A stretch of DNA of 64,000 nt. Origin: Ruminococcus bicirculans (ex Wegman et al. 2014) (lineage in GTDB: Bacteria; Bacillota; Clostridia; Christensenellales; DTU072). The DNA is taken from NCBI GenBank assembly GCA_963642145.1, contig CAVIFU010000001.1, positions 69,129 to 133,128 of the forward strand, given 5' to 3'. Below, piece after piece: positions 1 through 10,119 of this stretch (its first letter is position 1; each line of letters starts with the position of its first letter). The notes under the pieces were generated by a model. That model saw nothing but the letters and a program-made list of their open reading frames with translations. It had not been told where the DNA came from and made no database searches. A program made the translations under genes and the position numbers.

Positions 1-32
1 AAAAGCTTCTTGAATTGCCGGCTACTCCGAAT

Positions 33-965
33 TTAATCATTTTCCTGTAAAACTCTCCGTATATCTTTATCTATTTGTGCTTTCAGTTCGGGAACGCTTT
101 GAAATTTATGTATACCTCTCAGTCGTTCCGCAAACTCAACGCGAATTGTCTTGCCGTACAAATCGCCGTTAAAATCGATTATATGAGTCTCAACGCCTTT
201 TTTTGCATTATCGAAAGTCGGGCAACCGCCCACGTTTGTTACCGCCTTGTAGCGAACGCCGTCTATAAGCACTCGCGTGGAATAAACGCCTTCCTCCGGC
301 AGTTCTTTATTGTCGGGCGCATAAATGTTAGCTGTTGGCATTTGAAATCCGTTCCCTACGCCTCTGCCGTGTGCTACTTGCCCATCTATAAAGTATCTGC
401 GACACAGTAAATTTTTAGTTAGCGCCACTTCTCCGTAGTTCAACAAACGGCGTATGTCTCTCGTTGATATTTTTTTACCGCCGACGCTTATCAACGCTTG
501 TATGACCATTATCTTATCGGTTGTTTTTGCCCATTCGCCAAGTTCTTTCACTCCGTACTCGGCGCCCTGCCCGAAACGGAAATCTTCTCCGGCGACGATA
601 CCTTTTACGTTGTTTTCCTCTAAATATTGCAAAAATTCTTCACCGGATTTGTTTATAAACAGATTTGACGGCGTGGCGACAAATATTTTATCTATGCCGA
701 TTTCGTTTCGGATAATGCTTATTCTTTCTTCCAGCGTAAATATATACTTCAATTCCGGCATGCCGAGCGCGGCGTAGAAGTCGTCGTCGAACGTAAAAAC
801 CGCAGGTTCCAAATCGTACTTTACGGCAAGCGCCTTGACGTTCTGCATCAATTTCCTATGCCCGTAATGTAAACTGTCGAAAAAACCGAGTCCCAGCATA
901 TATCCGCCGGTAGTTTTTGTTTGTTCCGCACAAGGTTTAAGTTCTTCGGTCAAAATATCTGTCAT
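33..965 (-). CDS. ribF: bifunctional riboflavin kinase / FMN adenylyltransferase
   Basis: 310-aa ORF. N-terminal nucleotidyltransferase motif GFFDSLHYGH plus a C-terminal riboflavin-kinase half. 4-nt overlap with truB, the conserved truB-ribF pair. Confidence 0.9.
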   Translation of the reverse strand: MTDILTEELKPCAEQTKTTGGYMLGLGFFDSLHYGHRKLMQNVKALAVKYDLEPAVFTFDDDFYAALGMPELKYIFTLEERISIIRNEIGIDKIFVATPSNLFINKSGEEFLQYLEENNVKGIVAGEDFRFGQGAEYGVKELGEWAKTTDKIMVIQALISVGGKKISTRDIRRLLNYGEVALTKNLLCRRYFIDGQVAHGRGVGNGFQMPTANIYAPDNKELPEEGVYSTRVLIDGVRYKAVTNVGGCPTFDNAKKGVETHIIDFNGDLYGKTIRVEFAERLRGIHKFQSVPELKAQIDKDIRRVLQEND

Positions 966-1840
966 CTCAACAACCTCGATTTAACGATAACGCCGCCGTC
1001 TGCGTCCTTTGTTCCTATTCCGGCAAGCTTGCCGTTGGCGTATACTGTAAAATATCCGTCGGGTGCGCCGGACACTCGTAGCGGAACGCCGTTCAGCACA
1101 AGTCTTGCCGTCTCACCGCAGATTTTTAATTTAGGGAAATCGGACAGAACGTCATCCATCGGTATGATTTTGTCGGCGATGCAATCGCTTGTATCTATAT
1201 CGCTAAGTTTATATGCTTTATCCAGAGTAAATTTACCGCTTTGCTCGCGACAAATATATCGCATGTAGCCGTATGTATTCAAAGCGTGCGCCATATCGCG
1301 CGCTATACTACGTATGTAAGTTCCGCTACCGCAAGTTATTCTAAACGCAAACGCTTCGTCTCTTCGCCCCAAATAATCAATTTTGTCGATACGTACTCTT
1401 TTGGGTTGTAAACAAACTTCCTTGCCATCGCGGGCAAGATCGTAGGCGCGCTTACCGTTAATGGATTTTGCGGAATAAATCGGCGGAATTTGATCCGTTT
1501 CCCCTAACATATCGGGAATTATTCTCAAGATATCGGACTCGCTCGGCACTATGCCCGATTGCTTAATTACGGTACCGCTACCGTCTAAGGTGTCCGTTTC
1601 CGCACCGAAAACAAATTCCGTGTAATATACTTTGGTTTTTTCGGTTATATAGTCAAACAGTCGCGTTGCTCTACCGAGAGCGACAGGCAAAACGCCCTCA
1701 CCGTCCGGATCGAGCGTACCGGTATGTCCGATCTTGTCAAACTCGACGCCGTGCGCACGCAATATGCCTTTAAGTCGGTTCAATACCCTTGCAGAGGTCA
1801 TCCCTGCCTCTTTGTTTATGACAAGGAACCCGTCAATCAT
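962..1840 (-). CDS. truB: tRNA pseudouridine(55) synthase
   Basis: 292 aa. Catalytic motif GHTGTLDP. Synteny rbfA-nrnA-truB-ribF. Confidence 0.92.
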   Translation of the reverse strand: MIDGFLVINKEAGMTSARVLNRLKGILRAHGVEFDKIGHTGTLDPDGEGVLPVALGRATRLFDYITEKTKVYYTEFVFGAETDTLDGSGTVIKQSGIVPSESDILRIIPDMLGETDQIPPIYSAKSINGKRAYDLARDGKEVCLQPKRVRIDKIDYLGRRDEAFAFRITCGSGTYIRSIARDMAHALNTYGYMRYICREQSGKFTLDKAYKLSDIDTSDCIADKIIPMDDVLSDFPKLKICGETARLVLNGVPLRVSGAPDGYFTVYANGKLAGIGTKDADGGVIVKSRLLR

Positions 1841-2802
1841 TGCAAAAGTGTTTCCGCCGTCTTTACGAGCTTATTTATCGCGGTATCGTAATCGGCGTAG
1901 ATACGACACCCGGCAGCGTTAAAGTGACCGCCTCCGCCAAACGCTTCTGCGAACTCCGCCGCGCTTGCGCCATCCTTAGAGCGTATACCGATCTTAAACG
2001 CCGTAACATCGTCCATTTCTGCAAGAGATACGGCAAACTTAACGCCTTTTATGTTTATGACATTGTTAATTATACCGTCCGTGTCTTTCGGCGTCGTGCC
2101 GGTTATGGCAAAATCCTCTTTACGGAAAGAGACTATACCCAATTGTCCGTCAAAAAAGAATTGCGTTTTGGATAATACGCGTGTTTTCAGCGCAAAAGCC
2201 GCAGGCGTTTCCTCTTTCATTAGCTTAAAAATAATGTTGTATCCGTCAATGCCGAATTTAAGCAGATCCGCGCCTATTTGCAATGTCTCTTGCGTGGTAT
2301 TGCTGTAAGAGAAGGCGCCGCAATCGGTAACGATTCCGGCATACAGACATTCGGCAACTTCCTTATCGATGAAAACGGGATTGGTTTCTTTGAAGAACTT
2401 GTATAATATTTGCGCCGTTGCGGCAACGTTTTCAAACACGAGTGCTTCAACAAAGGGCTCCGAGGAGGCATGATGATCGAAGCATGCGTGGTCTGCGCAT
2501 TTATCGAAAAATATACCGGCTTGACGCCTGCCGAGCCTTTGTGCGCTACCGCAATCGAGTGCGATACCAAGGTCGTAGTGTCCTGCCGGCTTAGAATTTA
2601 TTACTTTAATGTTAGGTAAAATATCGTATTTAGACGATATATCCGCGCTGTTTTCGGCAAATACGCTTACATCCAAGCCCATATTTTTTAGGTATTTATA
2701 CATTGCAAGCGCGCTCCCGATGCAGTCGCCGTCGGGATTGATATGCATAAACAGGGCTATTGTACTTACTGAAAGCAACTTCTTTGTTATACTTTCGTAC
2801 AT
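1837..2802 (-). CDS. nrnA: DHH/DHHA1 phosphoesterase (oligoribonuclease / pAp phosphatase NrnA-like)
   Basis: 321 aa. DHH motifs HINPDGDCIGS and FDHH. DHHA1 motif GGGGH near the C-terminus. Confidence 0.8.
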   Translation of the reverse strand: MYESITKKLLSVSTIALFMHINPDGDCIGSALAMYKYLKNMGLDVSVFAENSADISSKYDILPNIKVINSKPAGHYDLGIALDCGSAQRLGRRQAGIFFDKCADHACFDHHASSEPFVEALVFENVAATAQILYKFFKETNPVFIDKEVAECLYAGIVTDCGAFSYSNTTQETLQIGADLLKFGIDGYNIIFKLMKEETPAAFALKTRVLSKTQFFFDGQLGIVSFRKEDFAITGTTPKDTDGIINNVINIKGVKFAVSLAEMDDVTAFKIGIRSKDGASAAEFAEAFGGGGHFNAAGCRIYADYDTAINKLVKTAETLLQ

Positions 2803-2804
2803 AT

Positions 2805-3173
2805 CTAAACTTCCGGGTCCTCTTCTGCGGGTTTGATGTCCAAACTTTTGAGTATTTTGTCTATCTTGAATCCGTAATCTATGCTGTCATCGAGTATGAA
2901 CGTCAAATGCGGTACCGCACGTATCTTTAAGCGTCCGTACAGTTCGTTGCGCATAAAACCTGCCGACGCGTTTAGTCCGTCCACTACTTCTCTTGCGTTT
3001 TCCGCGCCCATTATGCTGACGTAGATACGGCAATATTTCAGATCTTGCGTCGTATCTACGCGCATTACGCTAATCATCGCACCGGAATCGGCAACTCGCG
3101 GATCCTTGATTTCATGCGATACCAAGTCCATCACTTCTTTGCGAATTTCGGAATTTACTCTGTCTATATTCAT
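2805..3173 (-). CDS. rbfA: ribosome-binding factor A
   Basis: 122 aa, located directly downstream of infB. Typical RbfA N-terminus (RVNSEIRKEV...). Confidence 0.88.
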   Translation of the reverse strand: MNIDRVNSEIRKEVMDLVSHEIKDPRVADSGAMISVMRVDTTQDLKYCRIYVSIMGAENAREVVDGLNASAGFMRNELYGRLKIRAVPHLTFILDDSIDYGFKIDKILKSLDIKPAEEDPEV

Positions 3174-3175
3174 AA

Positions 3176-5926
3176 CTATCTTTTTTCCTCTACGATATTG
3201 AACGACTCGATTATATCGCCTTCTTTTATATCGTTCCAGTTATCCAAGCCTATACCGCATTCATAGCCCTGAACGACTTCTTTCATATCGTCCTTCATGC
3301 GTTTCAAAGAGGCGATAGACGTATCCGCAATAACTATGTTGTCGCGTATCAAACGCACTTTTGCGTTACGCACAATCTTGCCGTCAAGCACCATGCAACC
3401 TGCAATCGTGCCGACGCCGCTGATCTTATAGATTTGTCTGACTTCGGCTTTGCCGAGATATTGCTCTCTGTATTTAGGCGCAGAAAGACCTTTGATGGCA
3501 TTCGTAACATCGTCTATTGCGTCGTAGATTATGCGATACAGTCTGATTTCGATCTTTTTACTATCGGCAAGAGCCTTTGCTTTTGCGTCGGGACGTACGT
3601 TAAACCCTATGATTACAGCTTTAACCGATTCCGCCAACGTGACGTCACTTTCGTTAATTGCGCCTACCATCGCATGCGGTATGACAACTTTTACTTCATC
3701 GGTAGAAAGTTTGAGCAAGCTTTCCGTAATAGCCTCCACGGAACCTTGAACATCCGCCTTGACTATTAGGTTGAGCGTCTTCATTTTGCCTTCTTCTATA
3801 CCGCGGAATACGTCCTCCAAAGTTACGCTCGCATTGTTTATGCGACGTTCTTTGTCGCGCGCTATTCTTTCGGCGACAACGTCTTTGAGCAGTTTTTCGT
3901 CATCTACGGCAAGAAGTTGATCTCCGGCGTTAGGTACTTCGTCCAAGCCGAGAATAACCACCGCGGAGGAAGGTCCTGCCGATTTAACAGCCTTACCCTT
4001 GTCGTCTTGCATGGCGCGCACTTTACCGGTTACGACGCCTGCGACGACGTGATCGCCTACATGCAACGTACCGTTTTGGATGAGAACCGTCGCAAGAGGA
4101 CCTTTGCCTTTATCGAGTCGCGCTTCGACAACCGTGCCCTGCGCATTGCGCTTCGGGTTGGCTTTCAATTCCATTACTTCCGCTACGAGAAGAATGGTTT
4201 CCAACAATTCGTCGATGCCTTCTCCCGTCTTTGCGCTTACTTTCACAACGGGAGTCGTGCCGCCCCAAGCTTCGGGGAGCAGATCATATTCGGGTAGTTG
4301 AGACATGACCCTATCCGGATCTGCCGCCGGCTTATCGATTTTGTTGATGGCAACTATAATATTGCTTCCGGAAGCCTTTGCGTGGTTTATAACTTCAACG
4401 GTTTGAGGCATGATGCCGTCGTCTGCGGCAATAACGATTACAACTATATCCGTAACGTTTGCGCCGCGAGCGCGCATTGCGGTAAACGCCGCATGCCCCG
4501 GGGTATCGAGGAAGCTGATTTGCTGTCCTTTGACGTTAATCGTATATGCGCTGATGTGCTGAGTAATACCTCCGGCTTCACCTGCGGCAACGTTTGTCTT
4601 TTTGATGCAGTCGAGAATAGATGTTTTGCCGTGGTCAACGTGTCCCATAACGGTAACTATCGGCGGACGCGGCACAAGATTTTCATCGGAATCCTCTTCG
4701 ACGTCGAAGATCGATTTGAGTTTTTCTTCGGAAGTTTCCTCTTTTTGAAGTTCGAGAGTAATCCCGAGATCGTTTGCCACAAGTTCCGCCGTATCGAAGT
4801 CTATGGAATCGTTAATGGTTTTCATGATACCGAGTTGGAATAATCTCTTGATAATCTCGGTACCGGTTTTCCCTATTTTTTCCGCAAGCTCTTTGATCGG
4901 CACGTTTTCCTTGGTGATTACGGCATGATCTATCACTACGGTTTCAGTCAAGTTAAATTCCTTACGTTGGCTACCGCCTATTCTGCGAGAACGCTTCTTG
5001 ACGATATTGTTTTCGTAGAGATCGTTGCCGTCGTCATCGTAGTTATTGGAGTTGGGTATATTTTTATCGTCGTAACCTTTGCGTGAAATTGCCCTTTTGT
5101 TAAGTTGCGTCTTGTCATCGGGACGAGACGCGTCTTGGGTAACTTTCTTTTTGGAATTGTCCTTTGTCGGCATTAGGGGCGCGTTGTTGATACGCTCGAT
5201 TGCACTGTGCTGGCGATTTTGCGTATTGCCGTTATAACGCGGAGCGCCGTTAGAAGGGTTGTTACCGTTTTGCCTTTGCGCGGAGTTAGACGCGTTCGGC
5301 GCGCGGCGACCTCTGTTGTCGTCCGCCGGCGGAATGTATACGCGGATAACCGGCTTGTCGATTTGTTTTTTCGGCTTAGCCAATATCGATTGAACCGCAG
5401 CTTTCGCCGCTTCGAGTTGCTTGGAATTGCCCTTATTGTCGGGACGCTTTTCCGTGGCAGCAACGATAGGCTTTGTCGCGGGCTCGACTTTCTTTTCCGT
5501 GGGATTTTCCGCGGTTTGGATCGGCGCTATGTCGGCTTCCGGTGCTTCCGGTTCGACGCTCGGTTTTTCATTCGCAACGATCTCCTTTTCGGGGACCGTT
5601 ACCTCCACGGCAGATTCCTCTTTTTGATCGAGTTCTTTGCTTATCGTTAATTTTTGCAGAGCTTCAGCCTCTTTGCGAATGATTTCCGCTTTCTCTTTTT
5701 CTTCTTTTTTTCTTGCCAATTCGATCTCGTTACGCTCTTTGATCTCGGCTAAAAGTTTTTCACGCTTATCCTGCGCGGCAGTGCGTGCTTCACTTAATTG
5801 CTTACGCTTATCCGACAATGTCTTTTGGATCTGCGGTTGCCTCATTTTGAGGTAATCGTCGATTTTATTGACATATCTGAGGGTGTTGTTTTCGCTGTTC
5901 GCGGTTCTGTTTGCGTTTTCTGGCAT
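3176..5926 (-). CDS. infB: translation initiation factor IF-2
   Basis: 916 aa. Low-complexity K/E/A/P/N-rich N-terminal ~330 aa. GTPase motifs [14 protein letters not shown] and NKID. nusA-ylxR-ylxQ-infB synteny. Confidence 0.97.
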   Translation of the reverse strand: MPENANRTANSENNTLRYVNKIDDYLKMRQPQIQKTLSDKRKQLSEARTAAQDKREKLLAEIKERNEIELARKKEEKEKAEIIRKEAEALQKLTISKELDQKEESAVEVTVPEKEIVANEKPSVEPEAPEADIAPIQTAENPTEKKVEPATKPIVAATEKRPDNKGNSKQLEAAKAAVQSILAKPKKQIDKPVIRVYIPPADDNRGRRAPNASNSAQRQNGNNPSNGAPRYNGNTQNRQHSAIERINNAPLMPTKDNSKKKVTQDASRPDDKTQLNKRAISRKGYDDKNIPNSNNYDDDGNDLYENNIVKKRSRRIGGSQRKEFNLTETVVIDHAVITKENVPIKELAEKIGKTGTEIIKRLFQLGIMKTINDSIDFDTAELVANDLGITLELQKEETSEEKLKSIFDVEEDSDENLVPRPPIVTVMGHVDHGKTSILDCIKKTNVAAGEAGGITQHISAYTINVKGQQISFLDTPGHAAFTAMRARGANVTDIVVIVIAADDGIMPQTVEVINHAKASGSNIIVAINKIDKPAADPDRVMSQLPEYDLLPEAWGGTTPVVKVSAKTGEGIDELLETILLVAEVMELKANPKRNAQGTVVEARLDKGKGPLATVLIQNGTLHVGDHVVAGVVTGKVRAMQDDKGKAVKSAGPSSAVVILGLDEVPNAGDQLLAVDDEKLLKDVVAERIARDKERRINNASVTLEDVFRGIEEGKMKTLNLIVKADVQGSVEAITESLLKLSTDEVKVVIPHAMVGAINESDVTLAESVKAVIIGFNVRPDAKAKALADSKKIEIRLYRIIYDAIDDVTNAIKGLSAPKYREQYLGKAEVRQIYKISGVGTIAGCMVLDGKIVRNAKVRLIRDNIVIADTSIASLKRMKDDMKEVVQGYECGIGLDNWNDIKEGDIIESFNIVEEKR

Positions 5927-5937
5927 TTCTCGTTCCT

Positions 5938-6240
5938 TTAATTATTTAACTGCTTGATTATTGCTTCGGCAAGGTTTTTTTCTTTTATACCTACCGCTTT
6001 GCAGGCTTCCGGCATACCGAATTGCTGTAAGTCATTAACTTCTATTGCGGTGTGTCCTATAGCTTTTACCGCATTGCTCAACTTATTTTTTGAGTTATCG
6101 GCAAGGCTTTGGGCATACAGCACAAGTATCGGGCGTTTCAGGGCGATTATATTATCTACGCCCATCACGGTTTTGCCGGCTTTTGTCGCAAAGCCGATAT
6201 ATGCGCTAATCTTCGTTGTAGAACTTTTCGAGTTCGGCAT
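5938..6240 (-). CDS. ylxQ: L7Ae-family RNA-binding protein (YlxQ-like)
   Basis: 100 aa. Sits between ylxR and infB as in Bacillus. GFATKAGK-type L7Ae signature. 35-nt overlap with ylxR. Confidence 0.75.
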   Translation of the reverse strand: MPNSKSSTTKISAYIGFATKAGKTVMGVDNIIALKRPILVLYAQSLADNSKNKLSNAVKAIGHTAIEVNDLQQFGMPEACKAVGIKEKNLAEAIIKQLNN

Positions 6241-6463
6241 ATATCTCCTCCGGTACCGCTGTTTTTAAGCTCCTGTTCAAGAGATGCTTTTTTGCGCACT
6301 TAGTCAAACATTCCTTTGACTTGCACACATATGCGCCTCTGCCATCGGCATTGCCGAGCGGATCGAGCCTAAATCCTTCCGAAGTACGTACGATACGTAT
6401 CAAATCCGATTTTGGTTGCTTTTTGTGACAAACGCAACAAATTCGATATGGAACGTATTTCAT
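6206..6463 (-). CDS. ylxR: YlxR/RnpM family (DUF448) RNA-binding protein
   Basis: 85 aa. Motif RICCVCHKKQPKSDLIRIV. Immediately follows nusA. Confidence 0.85.
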   Translation of the reverse strand: MKYVPYRICCVCHKKQPKSDLIRIVRTSEGFRLDPLGNADGRGAYVCKSKECLTKCAKKHLLNRSLKTAVPEEIYAELEKFYNED

Positions 6464-7555
6464 TTATTCTTCCACAGGTGCTTCCGTCATGATATCGGCG
6501 TCGTCTGCTACCGCCACGGAATAAGGTTTTACGTCGATTTTGTATCCGGTAAGTTTAGCCGCAAGTTTTGCGTTTTGACCGCCCTTGCCTATCGCGAGTG
6601 AAAGTTTGTCGTCCGGGACGATAACTTTGGCTTGCATTGCGCTTTCGTTGAGTTGAACCATGATAACCTTAGCGGGAGAAAGTGCGCGCACGATATACTC
6701 GGAAGGGTTGGTGCTATACAGGATAACATCCACCTTTTCTCCGTTAAGTTCGTTAACGACTGCGTTTACACGGGAGCCCTTAGGTCCGATGCAGGAGCCG
6801 ATGCTGTCGATATTGGGATCGTCGGAATATACGGAAAGTTTTGTTCTGAGCCCTGCTTCGCGAACGATATTTTTGATTTTTACGAGATTGGAGCGAATTT
6901 CGGGCACTTCCACTTCAAACAGCTTACGCACAAAACCTGCGCAACTGCGAGAAACGAGTACTCTCGACATTCCCTTGAGGTCGGTTTGGACCTTTTTGAC
7001 AAAGACTTTGATTTTATCGCCTACCGCGAGCTTTTCACCGCGAACTTGATCACCGGTACCCAAAATGCCTTCCATTTGAGTTCCGACTATTTCCACAAAC
7101 GCCGTGCCGTTGGGCTCTACTTTGCGGACGATGGCTTGCATCAATTCGCCGGTACGTTCGCTCATTTCGCTCATGGCTTGTTCGCGCTTCGCTTCGTTTA
7201 TGCGTTGCGTAATTACCTGTTTAGCTGTTTGCGCGGCGATTCTCGAAAGGTCGTCGGGATCGACGTCCTCGCCTATCATATCGCCTACTTGCGCGTCGGG
7301 TTTGATTTCGCGCGCCTCTTCCAAAGAGAGTTCGCTATCCTCTTGCGGTTCGCCTTCGACAACCGTTTGGTAAGCGTAGAAACGGATTGTGAAAGTGTCC
7401 GGGTTCATTTTAACCGCCACGGCGCGACTTTCTCCGCTTTCCTTTTTGAATGCGGAAGCCAAGCCGGCTTCGAGAGAAGTGATCAGCATTTGTTTGTCGA
7501 GTTTATACTCGGCTTCTAATTGATCGAGAGCTAAAAACAGTTCTTTGTTTTGCAT
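6464..7555 (-). CDS. nusA: transcription termination/antitermination factor NusA
   Basis: 363 aa with N-terminal domain, S1 domain and two KH domains (IGPKGSRV, IGKGGQNAKLAAKLTG). rimP-nusA synteny. Confidence 0.96.
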   Translation of the reverse strand: MQNKELFLALDQLEAEYKLDKQMLITSLEAGLASAFKKESGESRAVAVKMNPDTFTIRFYAYQTVVEGEPQEDSELSLEEAREIKPDAQVGDMIGEDVDPDDLSRIAAQTAKQVITQRINEAKREQAMSEMSERTGELMQAIVRKVEPNGTAFVEIVGTQMEGILGTGDQVRGEKLAVGDKIKVFVKKVQTDLKGMSRVLVSRSCAGFVRKLFEVEVPEIRSNLVKIKNIVREAGLRTKLSVYSDDPNIDSIGSCIGPKGSRVNAVVNELNGEKVDVILYSTNPSEYIVRALSPAKVIMVQLNESAMQAKVIVPDDKLSLAIGKGGQNAKLAAKLTGYKIDVKPYSVAVADDADIMTEAPVEE

Positions 7556-7603
7556 TTGTGGATTCCTCCGTATTAAGTTGTTATTTAGTTGTTATATTCG
7601 AGC

Positions 7604-8089
7604 CTATTTCGATTTCAGGCTTTTCATATCGATGTACGGGCGCAAGAGGCTTATGTCGGATTTGAGTACGGAAACCTTTTTACCTTTTACGTCGAGGTAT
7701 ATTTTCTCGTCGTCGTGATCAAGGAGTTTGCCTACTATTTTTTTTGTTTTGCCGATCGGCTTAACGTAGATACCCTCTACAATTTCGTCGATGTTGCGAG
7801 CATAATCCTTGTCTGTGACTATGGGACGATCGAGTCCCGGAGAAGAAACGTTAAATTCATAAGGCGCGCCGTGCGTTACGTCCGCAAGTTCGAGCGGCAT
7901 ATCGAGTTCGGCGTTTACCGTAACGCAATCATCAAGGGAAATACCGCCTTTTTTGTAGATAAAAACGGTAAGCGAATTTTTTTTGCCTACGCGTTCATAA
8001 CGAACTTCGACTACTTCGTAGCCGAGTTTTTCCACGACGGGGGTAATAATTTCCTCCGCGCGTTCTTGTACGGAAAGTTCAAATTCCAT
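7604..8089 (-). CDS. rimP: ribosome maturation factor RimP
   Basis: 161 aa, first gene of the nusA-infB operon. RBS GAGGG lies 6 nt upstream of the ATG. Confidence 0.85.
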   Translation of the reverse strand: MEFELSVQERAEEIITPVVEKLGYEVVEVRYERVGKKNSLTVFIYKKGGISLDDCVTVNAELDMPLELADVTHGAPYEFNVSSPGLDRPIVTDKDYARNIDEIVEGIYVKPIGKTKKIVGKLLDHDDEKIYLDVKGKKVSVLKSDISLLRPYIDMKSLKSK

Positions 8090-8110
8090 TGTTATCCCTC
8101 ATAATACCGT

Positions 8111-8136
8111 TTGAGAGCGGTTTGACCCGCTCTCAA
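8111..8136 (-). promoter_or_regulatory. leader stem-loop of the rimP-nusA-infB operon (perfect 10-bp stem, no U-tract)
   Basis: Minus strand reads TTGAGAGCGG-gtcaaa-CCGCTCTCAA. The 3' flank is ACGGTATTATGAGGG, which runs into the rimP RBS. It lies between the predicted promoter and the rimP ATG. Confidence 0.55.
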
Positions 8137-8160
8137 GTATCGGTTACTTTAAGCATTTAT

Positions 8161-8190
8161 ATATTAACACACGCGTGTATTATTTAGCAA
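8161..8190 (-). promoter_or_regulatory. sigma-A-type promoter for the rimP-nusA-infB operon
   Basis: Minus strand has TTGCTA, an 18-nt spacer, then TAATAT, with TG at -15/-14 (extended -10). The -35 overlaps the rluD stop. The spacer contains the 10-bp palindrome ACACGCGTGT (8169-8178). Confidence 0.5.
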
Positions 8191-9100
8191 GTGTTTTTCG
8201 CAAAATGTTCAAAACATCGGTAAAATAGTCCGGCATCGGAGCGGTAAATTCCATGTCTTCTTCGGTCGTGGGGTGCTTCACGACAAGCCTGTATGCGTGC
8301 AGAAGTTGCCCGTTCAAATTGAATTTATTACTGCCGCCGTATGTTTTGTCGCCGACTACCGGATGATGCATAAACGCGCTGTGTACTCGTATCTGATGAG
8401 TCCTTCCCGTAAACAGTTCGAACTCCACAAACGTATATTTCCCGAACCGTTCGAGAACGGTAAATTTTGTTTTTGCTGGCTTGCCGTCCTTGCTGACCCA
8501 CATCTTTTTGCGGTCCGTTTTGCAACGATCTATCGGCAAGTCTATTATTCCGGTATCTTCTTTGATATTACCGTCCACGAGTGCGAGATAGTATCTTTTT
8601 GCCGATTTTTCGGCGATTTGCTGAGAAAGCGACGCGTGCGCAATATCGTTTTTGGCAACCATTATCAAGCCGGAGGTATCCTTATCCAGGCGATGCACAA
8701 TCCCCGGGCGTAATACTCCGTTGATTCCCGATAAGTCCTTTACCTGATAAAGCAGCGCATTTACGAGGGTGCCGTTCGGCGAACCGACGGCAGGATGCAC
8801 AACCATCCCCTGCTTTTTATTGATGACGAGAAAATCGTTGTCTTGGTAAACGATGTTCAGCGGAATATCCTCGGGCTCTACCGAAAGCGTAACGGCTTCC
8901 TCTATATCGATTTCAACGATATCGCCTTCTTTGACGGTGACTCCGCATTTGTCGACGCGTTCTCCGCGCAAACGCACCAATCCCATTTCCACGCAGCCTT
9001 TTATTCGGCTACGGGTAAATTCTTCGAGATGCGACGCCAAAAATACGTCGAGCCTTACGCCGTCCTCCTCTTTACTCACAACAAAAATAGATGTTTCCAC
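8180..9100 (-). CDS. rluD: RluA-family 23S rRNA pseudouridine synthase (RluD-like)
   Basis: 306 aa. N-terminal S4 domain and catalytic HRLDKDTSGL. GTG start overlaps the lspA stop by 1 nt. lspA-rluD pairing as in Bacillus. Confidence 0.88.
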   Translation of the reverse strand: METSIFVVSKEEDGVRLDVFLASHLEEFTRSRIKGCVEMGLVRLRGERVDKCGVTVKEGDIVEIDIEEAVTLSVEPEDIPLNIVYQDNDFLVINKKQGMVVHPAVGSPNGTLVNALLYQVKDLSGINGVLRPGIVHRLDKDTSGLIMVAKNDIAHASLSQQIAEKSAKRYYLALVDGNIKEDTGIIDLPIDRCKTDRKKMWVSKDGKPAKTKFTVLERFGKYTFVEFELFTGRTHQIRVHSAFMHHPVVGDKTYGGSNKFNLNGQLLHAYRLVVKHPTTEEDMEFTAPMPDYFTDVLNILRKTLAK

Positions 9101-9678
9101 TATTGGTTAACCTCATTGTTTTTCGCATCGTTCCGAGCTTTATCGCCGTTTTTATTCGTTTTATCGGCGCGCAAATAGAAGAACAAGATGTATATAATCA
9201 GCAATCCCGCGCCGACGCAAAGTCCGCTGTCGGCAAGATTGAATACGGCAAAATCAATCAATTCGAAATAGATGAAATCTCTTACGTATCCGAACACGAG
9301 CCTGTCTGCGATATTGCCGACGGCACCTGCTATTATCAAAACGAGTGACGCACGATAAATGCCGTTGCGTTCTTTGATCGTTACAGCCCAAACGATGATT
9401 AAAATGACCGCCGTTACGATGGAAACGATAGTCAAAACGCTTGTTTTATCGCTGAATATACCGAATGACGCACCGGTATTCTCTACCGGCGTCAGGCGCA
9501 AAACGCCCTTTATGAGAATAATATCGGCGCTGCCGTTTGCCATCGGACCGTATAGGAAATGTTTGGTGAGCAAGTCCAATGCCAAATAAGCAAGTATTCC
9601 GGCAAATTCGATTGCAAACCAAATCGGTAGTTTTTTCTTTTGTTCAGCCGTGAACTTAAATATTTCGGGAACTTTCAT
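9100..9678 (-). CDS. lspA: lipoprotein signal peptidase II
   Basis: Four-TM protein with the NTGASFG and FNLAD aspartyl-protease motifs. I moved the start to M20 (MKVPEIF) of the 211-aa track ORF. Has a basic C-terminal tail. Confidence 0.85.
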   Translation of the reverse strand: MKVPEIFKFTAEQKKKLPIWFAIEFAGILAYLALDLLTKHFLYGPMANGSADIILIKGVLRLTPVENTGASFGIFSDKTSVLTIVSIVTAVILIIVWAVTIKERNGIYRASLVLIIAGAVGNIADRLVFGYVRDFIYFELIDFAVFNLADSGLCVGAGLLIIYILFFYLRADKTNKNGDKARNDAKNNEVNQ

Positions 9679-9738
9679 ACAGCTATTATACACTACTGAA
9701 TATGCTATGTAAAGAGAAAAACGCAAGGCAAACAAACA

Positions 9739-10089
9739 TCAGGATATAATCGTCATGCCGGGAGGCGTAAGTAAATACTTACCGGACGACGTTTTGACAA
9801 TTTTACCGTTTATGGCATACACTGCGCCTGTAAGAAAGTCAAGCGTTCTTTGTGCGGATACCGCGGTGACGTCGGTAAATTCCGTAAGAACGCCCTTGCC
9901 TGCTTTCAGTGCGTCGATTACGCGTTCCGCGTCCTTACGAGTTTTTACCGAGCAATTTACCGTTCCCGTTGCTCCCGTTAGGGCGTCGGGACGACGCTTT
10001 GCCATAAAAACATCATACGGCGTAAGCCTTTTCGTTTTTGACTGTTTTTGCGGTATTTTACCGTTTTTCAGAGCCTCGATATAACTCAT
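9739..10089 (-). CDS. sepF: cell division protein SepF
   Basis: 116 aa. C-terminal core ...SAQRTLDFLTGAVYAINGKIVKTSSGKYLLTPPG matches the SepF fold signature. Follows yggS as ylmE-sepF does in Bacillus. Confidence 0.8.
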   Translation of the reverse strand: MSYIEALKNGKIPQKQSKTKRLTPYDVFMAKRRPDALTGATGTVNCSVKTRKDAERVIDALKAGKGVLTEFTDVTAVSAQRTLDFLTGAVYAINGKIVKTSSGKYLLTPPGMTIIS

Positions 10090-10119
10090 AATTATAAATT
10101 TCAGCTTATTTTATAATAC

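Noticed and set aside
6632-7519. Long antisense ORFs opposite conserved genes. Examples: 6632-7519(+) opposite nusA, 20921-21844(+) opposite cdsA, 42465-43445(+) opposite secF, 37161-37958(-) opposite the ATPase, 45959-46612(+) opposite tgt.
   Set aside because: They are shadow ORFs of strongly conserved genes on the other strand. I see no RBS. Their compositions are skewed (R/F/Y/C-rich) and carry no recognisable motifs.
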